From a virus (taxonomy: Duplodnaviria; Heunggongvirae; Uroviricota; Caudoviricetes): a DNA stretch of 64,000 bases. Below, in pieces: positions 19,572-28,000 of the stretch. Under the pieces are notes generated by a model. The model saw only the letters and a program-made list of their open reading frames with translations. It was not told the origin of the DNA and ran no database searches. The stretch lies in the IMG/VR virus record IMGVR_UViG_3300025858_001097, one strand, 5' to 3'. How positions within the stretch are numbered: position 1 is the first letter of the stretch; each line of letters opens with the position of its first letter. The translations under genes were made by a program, and so were the position numbers.

Positions 19572-20507
19572 TTAACAACTCATATATTTTGACAATTTTT
19601 TATCTTTGAATTTTCCATCCGGATCTTTATATAAATAAGGTGTCCAAAATCCAAATTCATTAACAATTAAAAACATACCATATCTTTTGGCTATATTATT
19701 TCTGTAACGAAAATCTTTATATGAAGCAAGACTTTCTGGATTGCCCATATAAGGCTTTCCTTCATTTAAGACGTATCTATTCATCATTATTTTTCTAGAT
19801 TTACCCTTCAATTTTTCTAAGTGATAAGAAGATATATCATCTATTTTTTCTATGCTTAATCTGCGACGGAGCGGACAAGCCATTCCGCATTTTGGGCAGA
19901 ATTGTTCCATCTGCTCACGATAATCTTTGCGTGTGCGTTTCCACCAACCATGTTCAACTTCCCAACCATCGGGTCCATCATACAACATAGCGAAAGCTGC
20001 GGCCATTTCGCAGAAATAAGCCCCCTTTGGATTAATAGAAGCACTCCAAGATTCCTGCGCCCAACAATGATCTATATAATACCACATATCATCTTTATCC
20101 TTAATCACTTCATCTATAGCCACAAGAGCTGGATGATGATATATGTCATCTCGAGTGTGATCGTTTATAAAAATATGACCGAATGTTCTTACAATAACTT
20201 CACGATAATGTTCGTATCCTTTTGGAAGAGTTGTCCAAAGACCTAATTGTTCCTTTGGAAATTTTGATGCTGCATAATCACAAAATTTTTCAAACTCTGG
20301 ATGAAGGATTGGTTCGCCTCCTTGAAAACCAACCATTTTTTTAAAACCTTCAAAAGAATCTATTGCTTCTTTGAATTTTTCAAATGAAAGATAGAAAACT
20401 TTTCCATGACCGACAAATCTTGTACAATTACTACATAAATTACGACAACAATTTGTAATTTCGATTTGAATTGTATCTTGATCCCTCAAATTTATCATAA
20501 TCCCCAA
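19572..20507 (-). CDS. radical SAM enzyme with a C-terminal Cys cluster
   Basis: CRNLCSNC (CxxxCxxC) and a GGEPILHPE motif; C-terminal CPKCGMACP cluster. Confidence 0.6.
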   Translation of the reverse strand: MGIMINLRDQDTIQIEITNCCRNLCSNCTRFVGHGKVFYLSFEKFKEAIDSFEGFKKMVGFQGGEPILHPEFEKFCDYAASKFPKEQLGLWTTLPKGYEHYREVIVRTFGHIFINDHTRDDIYHHPALVAIDEVIKDKDDMWYYIDHCWAQESWSASINPKGAYFCEMAAAFAMLYDGPDGWEVEHGWWKRTRKDYREQMEQFCPKCGMACPLRRRLSIEKIDDISSYHLEKLKGKSRKIMMNRYVLNEGKPYMGNPESLASYKDFRYRNNIAKRYGMFLIVNEFGFWTPYLYKDPDGKFKDKKLSKYMSC

Positions 20508-21181
20508 GATTTTTTTCTATCTATGAGTCTTACTACTTTTTCTTCGACTGGCATGGCATAATTATGATATAAGAAGCTGAGATAATCCATGTCATATTTA
20601 GCGAAGAAATCTTTAAACATCACGAATTTTAATCCAAATTTTGCGATGTTTCTTGACAACACATAATCGTCAATAAGACTTCTTGGAGTTACTCCATTGT
20701 CCGATTCTGATTTTGTTGGGAATATATTATTAGCTGCTTCATCGGGAGTTAGATCATCTAAAGGTCTCCATAGATCTATGCACCAATCGCTGGCTATTGT
20801 AAACCAATTGCAACTTCCGATATTCCTACCATCTCTTAGAAAATATTCATCGTAACGCCAACGAAGTGATGCCATATCCATCGCTGAGTGAGCAACCGTG
20901 TCTTTTGACATTTGTGTAGTTATATCAAATATATCTGGATGTATTAAAGCATCACAATCTACATAAATATTCCAATCATTTTTCATTTCTTTTCCGAGTT
21001 CGTATATTTGCATTTTTTCATATGTTATATACCACTCTGGAAATTTACGCTCTTTTATGACATAAAAATCAGCTCCTATTTTATGAGCGTATTTTTTTAT
21101 ATATGGATATGTAATATCTGTTATATCCTTTGAATATTCATCGTTAATATTCAAAGTGAAAATTGTTTTCTTTAATCTCAC
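20495..21181 (-). CDS. putative GT-A fold nucleotide-sugar transferase
   Basis: IYVDCDALIHPD DxD-like motif in a context resembling nucleotide-diphospho-sugar transferases; weak. Confidence 0.4.
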   Translation of the reverse strand: MRLKKTIFTLNINDEYSKDITDITYPYIKKYAHKIGADFYVIKERKFPEWYITYEKMQIYELGKEMKNDWNIYVDCDALIHPDIFDITTQMSKDTVAHSAMDMASLRWRYDEYFLRDGRNIGSCNWFTIASDWCIDLWRPLDDLTPDEAANNIFPTKSESDNGVTPRSLIDDYVLSRNIAKFGLKFVMFKDFFAKYDMDYLSFLYHNYAMPVEEKVVRLIDRKKSWGL

Positions 21182-21280
21182 TGTAAAAGATTTTTTGATT
21201 TATATAAGAAAAAAAATTGAAAAGTTTTATTTTATATTTTGATTTTTAATATAATATGATTAATTATATTAATATCGATT

Positions 21281-21652
21281 TTATGCATAAGCATCGTCGT
21301 CAACAGTTATTAGTGTATTATCTACAGTAACATAAGTAGTATCTACTAGTACATGAAAACGAGCTTCACACGCACCGCCAAGTAAATTAATAAATTTATC
21401 TGTTGCTCCGAGTAAAGTATCACCCAGAGTAGTTCCACTCAAGCTTATTATTATTGTATCTCCATACAATGTTACACCGGTGTCCCCAGCCAAATCAGAT
21501 ATGAATTTTTGACCTATTAATGTTGTTGATTTATCAGCATCTCCTATTAAGTCATCAATTTCTTTTTGACCGGAAAGAGAGCTTGTATATTTGGTACCAC
21601 CCTCAATAACAATTTTATCTGCAGTAACATCATATAAATTACAAGTAGCCAT
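21281..21652 (-). CDS. hypothetical beta-rich protein (123 aa)
   Basis: ORF track; repetitive LxGDT motifs. Confidence 0.45.
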   Translation of the reverse strand: MATCNLYDVTADKIVIEGGTKYTSSLSGQKEIDDLIGDADKSTTLIGQKFISDLAGDTGVTLYGDTIIISLSGTTLGDTLLGATDKFINLLGGACEARFHVLVDTTYVTVDNTLITVDDDAYA

Positions 21653-21669
21653 ATACTTTATATTTTATT

Positions 21670-22008
21670 TTATGATGTTAATAAAACAGGCAAAATTGTA
21701 ACCGTGCCGATAGCTGGTGTTGTTGGTTGACCAACAGTGTCAACAAGTCTTAACTCATGATAATAACTACCAGCTGTAATTCCAGTTGTATCAGCAGGTT
21801 CTAATGTCACTGTAACATTCTTACCAGACAATGTTATACCAAAGCCACCAGACGTTTTTAAAATAGCCTGTGATCCAGTAGCTTCTTCTGTAGTGGACAT
21901 AGCCCATTCGGCTGTTCCGCCAGTAACAGTAGATACATCCTCGATATAAAACACAATTTGTCTGTAGTTACCTTTCCATGTTGTAAAATCTTGATTTGTT
22001 TTTCCCAT
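21670..22008 (-). CDS. hypothetical protein (112 aa)
   Basis: ORF track; promoter-like box at 22031-22040. Confidence 0.45.
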   Translation of the reverse strand: MGKTNQDFTTWKGNYRQIVFYIEDVSTVTGGTAEWAMSTTEEATGSQAILKTSGGFGITLSGKNVTVTLEPADTTGITAGSYYHELRLVDTVGQPTTPAIGTVTILPVLLTS

Positions 22009-22067
22009 TTTATTTTTTATTTTTTATTTTTATATATTAAAAAATATATTTTTTTAATTCTATTCTA

Positions 22068-25000
22068 TTATATTTCAGTGTTGTTAGCAGAAACATAGGA
22101 GTATTCAATGACATCAACAGTATATTTCAATTGAAGTTTATAACTTGGCGATGGATCCCATCCAGTAGCACTCCTTAAATTATTTTTTAATAATAGATAC
22201 GGTTTACTGCTATATATTAGAGCTTCCGCATCTATATCATTAGGACCTATTTGTCCTTGTGTATCTATCGATGCGTGACGACCCGGAGATGGTGTTTCTG
22301 AATTATACTTAACCCAATACCCCGAATGTTGAACTGTTTTAGTATCTGTTACATAATTAGTATAGCTACCAGTTTGATCTACAAAGACGTTGAAACGATA
22401 TTCTCTCATCGCTGCCAATGAATAATCGATTGCTGTCATTTGTGAAGTAGTGCCAGTATCCATTAAGTGATCCATATAGTAGTAACAATTAACCTTAACA
22501 GAGAATCCACTAGTTCCATTTCCACCTGTAACTCCGTGTGTTGTGGATAAGTCTATTTTACTTTGTGAAGCCCAAGCTGTGGCCCAACTAAACGGAGGTA
22601 TATCATTTACATAATAATACGTTACTCCAATTCCAGAGGTTCCACTACTGCCTGTTATTCCTGATGTTCCACTAGTTCCTGAAGTGCCACTAACGCCACT
22701 AGTTCCACTGGTGCCATCATTTCCAGATGTTCCGCTTGTTCCTCTAGCTCCAGATGTTCCGCTAGTTCCACTACTGCCTTGTTTTCCAGATGTTCCACTA
22801 GTTCCACTAGTGCCACCTGTTCCACTGGTTCCTGATGTACCTCCAGTTCCACTAGTTCCACTACTACCTGTTATTCCAGCGGTTCCGCTAGTTCCTGATG
22901 TACCGCCAGTGCCGCTAGTTCCACTACTGCCTTGTTTTCCAGATGTTCCACTAGTTCCACTTGTACCGCCTGTGCCTGAAGTACCACCAGTGCCATCATG
23001 TCCAGATGTTCCGCTTGTTCCACTACTACCATCATTTCCAGATGTTCCACTTGTACCGCCAGTACCATTTGTTCCTGATGTACCTCCAGTTCCACTAGTT
23101 CCACTACTACCTTGTCTTCCAGAAGTACCACTGGTTCCACTTGTACCGCCTGTACCATTTGTTCCTGATGTACCTCCAGTTCCACTGGTTCCGCTACTAC
23201 CATCATTTCCAGATGTGCCTGAAGTACCACCTGTTCCGCTAGTTCCAGAAGTACCACTACTACCATCATTACCAGATGTTCCACTGGTTCCGCTACTACC
23301 ATCATTTCCAGATGTTCCGCTAGTTCCACTACTACCATCATGTCCGGATGTTCCACTAGTTCCACTAGTTCCACCTGTGCCATTTGTTCCTGATGTACCA
23401 CCAGTTCCACTAGTTCCACTACTGCCTTGTTTTCCAGAAGTACCACTTGTGCCACTAGTTCCACCCGTACCATTTGTTCCTGATGTACCACCAGTTCCAC
23501 TGGTTCCACTACTTCCATCATGTCCTGATGTGCCTGAAGTTCCTCCAGTACCACTAGTTCCACTACTGCCATCATGTCCAGATGTTCCTGAAGTTCCACC
23601 CGTGCCTGAAGTACCGCTTGTACCACCAGTGCCATCATGTCCAGAAGTACCACTAGTTCCACTACTGCCATCGTGACCAGACGTACCTGAAGTACCACTT
23701 GTTCCACTAGTTCCTGATGTACCACTTGTTCCTGATGTACCACTACTGCCATCGTGACCAGACGTACCTGAAGTACCACTTGTTCCGCTTGTACCACTAC
23801 TTCCATCATGTCCTGATGTACCTGAAGTTCCTCCAGTACCTGAAGTTCCACTACTTCCATCATGACCAGATGTGCCTGCTGTTCCTGAAGTACCACCAGT
23901 ACCATTGGTTCCTGAAGTTCCGCCCGTTCCTGATGTACCACTACTACCATCATTTCCAGATGTTCCACTAGTTCCACCAGTTCCGTTTGTTCCTGAAGTT
24001 CCACCAGTTCCACTAGTTCCACTACTCCCTGAAGTACCGTTTGTTCCAGAAGTGCCTGAAGTGCCTCCAGTTCCACTTGTACCACTACTACCTTGTTTTC
24101 CAGAAGTACCACTTGTACCACTACTACCAGAAGCACCTGAAGTGCCTGAAGTTCCTCCAGTTCCACTAGTTCCACCTGTTCCATTTGTTCCTGATGTCCC
24201 ACCAGTTCCACTAGTCCCACTACTTCCTGTTAAACCTGAAGTTCCGCCAGTTCCTGAAGTTCCTCCTGTTCCCGAGGTACCACTACTACCTTGTTTTCCA
24301 GAAGTTCCGCTAGTTCCTGAAGTTCCTCCTGTTCCGCTGGTACCTGAAGTTCCACCAGTGCCACTAGTTCCACTACTACCATCGTGTCCAGATGTTCCAC
24401 TTGTTCCACTAGTTCCACTACTTCCTGAAGTTCCTCCAGTTCCACTAGTTCCACTGCTTCCAGAAGTTCCACTAGTCCCAGAAGTACCACTAGTACCTCC
24501 AGTACCACTAGTTCCACTACTACCTTGTTTTCCAGAAGTTCCGCTGGTTCCTGAAGTACCGCTTGTGCCGCCTGTTCCGCTAGTACCTGAAGTACCACCT
24601 GTACCACTAGTTCCACTACTGCCATCGTGTCCCGAAGTACCACTAGTACCTCCAGTTCCGCTAGTTCCACTACTACCATCATGTCCAGATGTTCCACTAG
24701 TTCCACTGCTACCTGAAGTTCCTGAAGTACCATTTGTTCCACTTGTACCTGAAGTTCCACTTGTACCACTACTACCTTGTTTTCCAGAAGTACCATTTGT
24801 ACCACTTGTACCACTACTACCTGAAGTTCCACCAGTTCCAGAAGTACCGCCAGTTCCATTTGTTCCTGAAGTGCCTCCAGTTCCGCTAGTTCCACTAGTT
24901 CCACTAGTTCCATCATGACCCGATGTTCCCGAAGTTCCACCTGTACCAGATGTTCCTGATGTCCCGCCTGTTCCGCTTGTTCCACTACTTCCATCATGAC

Positions 25001-28000
25001 CCGATGTTCCTGAAGTGCCACCCGTGCCTGAAGTACCACCTGTACCAGATGTTCCTGATGTCCCGCCTGTTCCGCTTGTTCCACTACTTCCATCATGACC
25101 CGATGTTCCTGAAGTGCCACCCGTGCCTGAAGTACCACCTGTGCCACCAGTTCCACTAGTTCCACTACTTCCAGAAGTTCCACTAGTTCCACTACTTCCA
25201 GAAGTTCCGCTTGTTCCACTACTACCATCGTGGCCAGAAGTTCCACTAGTTCCAGCAGTTCCACTTGTGCCAGAAGTGCCACCTGTTCCGCTTGTACCAC
25301 TACTTCCATCATGTCCAGATGTACCTGATGTTCCACTTGTTCCGGAAGTACCACCTGTTCCACTTGTACCACTACTTCCATCATGTCCAGATGTACCTGA
25401 TGTTCCACTTGTTCCTGCTGTACCTGATGTTCCACTTGTACCGCCTGTACCTGAAGTTCCACTACTACCTGATGTTCCACTCGTGCCACTAGTTCCCGAA
25501 GTACCACTACTACCTTGTTTTCCAGAAGTACCACTTGTACCACTAGTTCCACTACTTCCTGAAGTTCCACCAGTTCCAGAAGTACCACCTGTTCCATTTG
25601 TACCTGATGTACCACTTGTCCCGCTAGTTCCGCTAGTCCCACTACTACCATCATGTCCAGATGTTCCAGAAGTTCCAGAAGTACCACCTGTTCCGTTAGT
25701 TCCTGAAGTACCACCTGCTCCACTAGTTCCACTACTTCCATCATGACCTGAAGTTCCAGAAGTACCACTTGTCCCGCTAGTTCCGCTAGTCCCACTACTA
25801 CCATCATGTCCAGATGTTCCTGAAGTTCCAGAAGTACCACCTGTTCCACTAGTTCCACTACTTCCATCACGACCTGAAGTTCCTGAAGTGCCGCCTGTTC
25901 CGTTAGTTCCTGAAGTACCACCTGTTCCACTAGTTCCACTAGTTCCGCTTGTTCCACTACTACCACTAGTACCGCCAGTTCCGCCTGTACCAGAAGTACC
26001 ACTTGTTCCCGATGTGCCACTGCTACCATCATGACCGGAAGTTCCACTAGTTCCACTTGTTCCACTAGTTCCACTACTACCATCATGTCCAGAAGTACCA
26101 CTAGTTCCTGAAGTACCACCTGTTCCACTAGTTCCTGAAGTGCCGCCTGTTCCACTTGTACCACTGCTACCATCAACGCCCGAAGTTCCAGAAGTTCCTC
26201 CTGTACCTGATGTTCCATTTGTCCCACTTGTGCCTCCAGTGCCTGAAGTACCACTACTACCAGATGTGCCTGAAGTTCCTCCAGTACCACTAGTTCCACT
26301 ACTACCTTGTTTTCCAGAAGTACCACTAGTTCCACTACTTCCAGAAGTTCCTGAAGTGCCAGAAGTTCCCCCAGTGCCACTTGTTCCTCCAATACCACTA
26401 GTTCCACTACTTCCAGAAGTTCCTGAAGTGCCAGAAGTTCCCCCAGTGCCACTTGTTCCTCCAATACCACTAGTTCCACTACTTCCATCATAACCACTTG
26501 TTCCCGAAGTTCCTCCCGTACCTGATGTTCCTGAAGTACCACCTGTACCACTAGTTCCACTACTTCCATCATGACCACTTGTTCCAGAAGTGCCACTGCT
26601 ACCACTTGTACCGCTTGTTCCGCCAGTACCAGAAGTGCCACCTGTTCCACTAGTTCCACTAGTACCGCTACTACCATCGTGTCCTGATGTACCACTTGTT
26701 CCTGAAGTTCCTCCAGTACCACTAGTTCCGCTAGTTCCTGAAGTTCCACTACTTCCATCGTGACCAGAAGTACCACTAGTTCCACTAGTTCCGTTTGTTC
26801 CTGAAGTTCCACCAGTTCCACTACTTCCTGTCGCACCTGATGTTCCAGAGGTTCCGCCGGCACCGCTAGTTCCTGATGTACCGCCAGTTCCACTAGTTCC
26901 ACTACTTCCTCCTGTACCTGATGTGCCACTAGTTCCAGAAGTTCCACTCGTACCACCAGTTCCACTAGTTCCACTACTACCTTGTTTACCGGAAGTACCA
27001 CTTGTACCACTACTTCCAGAAGTTCCCGAAGTGCCTGAAGTTCCTCCAGTACCACTTGTTCCTCCAGTACCACTAGTTCCACTACTTCCTGTTGCGCCAG
27101 AAGTTCCAGATGTTCCGCCTGTTCCAGATGTACCACTAGTTCCACCTGTTCCAGATGTACCGCTACTCCCATCGTGACCTGAAGTACCTGATGTACCTGA
27201 AGTACCACTTGTTCCTCCTGTTCCTGAAGTTCCTCCAGTTCCGCTAGTCCCACTACTTCCTGAAGTTCCGCTAGTCCCACTTGTTCCTGAAGTTCCACCT
27301 GTGCCATTTGTTCCACTAGTACCACTTGATCCTGATACTCCACTTGTTCCACTAGTTCCTCCAGTTCCACTAGTTCCACCTGTTCCACTAGTTCCAGAAG
27401 AACCAGACGTACCACTTGTTCCGCTAGTTCCCGAAGTACCACTACTACCTTTTGCGCCCGAAGTTCCACTAGTTCCAGATATACCACTAGTTCCACCTGT
27501 ACCTGATGTACCGCTCGTGCCGCCAGTTCCGCTAGTCCCGCTACTTCCACTTGTACCACTACTACCAGATGTTCCATTAGTTCCTGAAGTACCACCAGTG
27601 CCATTCGTGCCACTCGTACCTCCAGTTCCTGAAGTACCACTACTACCTGATGTTCCACTAGTTCCACTACTTCCAGAAGTTCCACTAGTTCCACTAGTTC
27701 CAGAAGTGCCACTGCTACCTGATGTACCGCTAGATCCAGAAGTACCACTAGTTCCTGATGTACCTGAAGTTCCACTTGTTCCTGAAGTACCGCCTGTTCC
27801 ACTAGTACCGCTACTTCCTTGGGCTCCACTAGTTCCACTGGTTCCACTTGTACCCCCAGTACCGCTTGTTCCTGATGTCCCGCCTGTTCCACTAGTTCCA
27901 CTACTACCTTGAGCCCCACTAGTTCCTGAAGTACCACTGCTACCTTGTGCTCCGCTGGTTCCACTTGTACCACCAGTTCCGCTAGTTCCACTACTACCTT

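Noticed and set aside
21215-21230. AAAATTGA-like string (the Mimiviridae early promoter octamer) upstream region
   Set aside because: Not recurrent and not consistently oriented relative to genes in this window. The TATATA-type box is the consistent signal.
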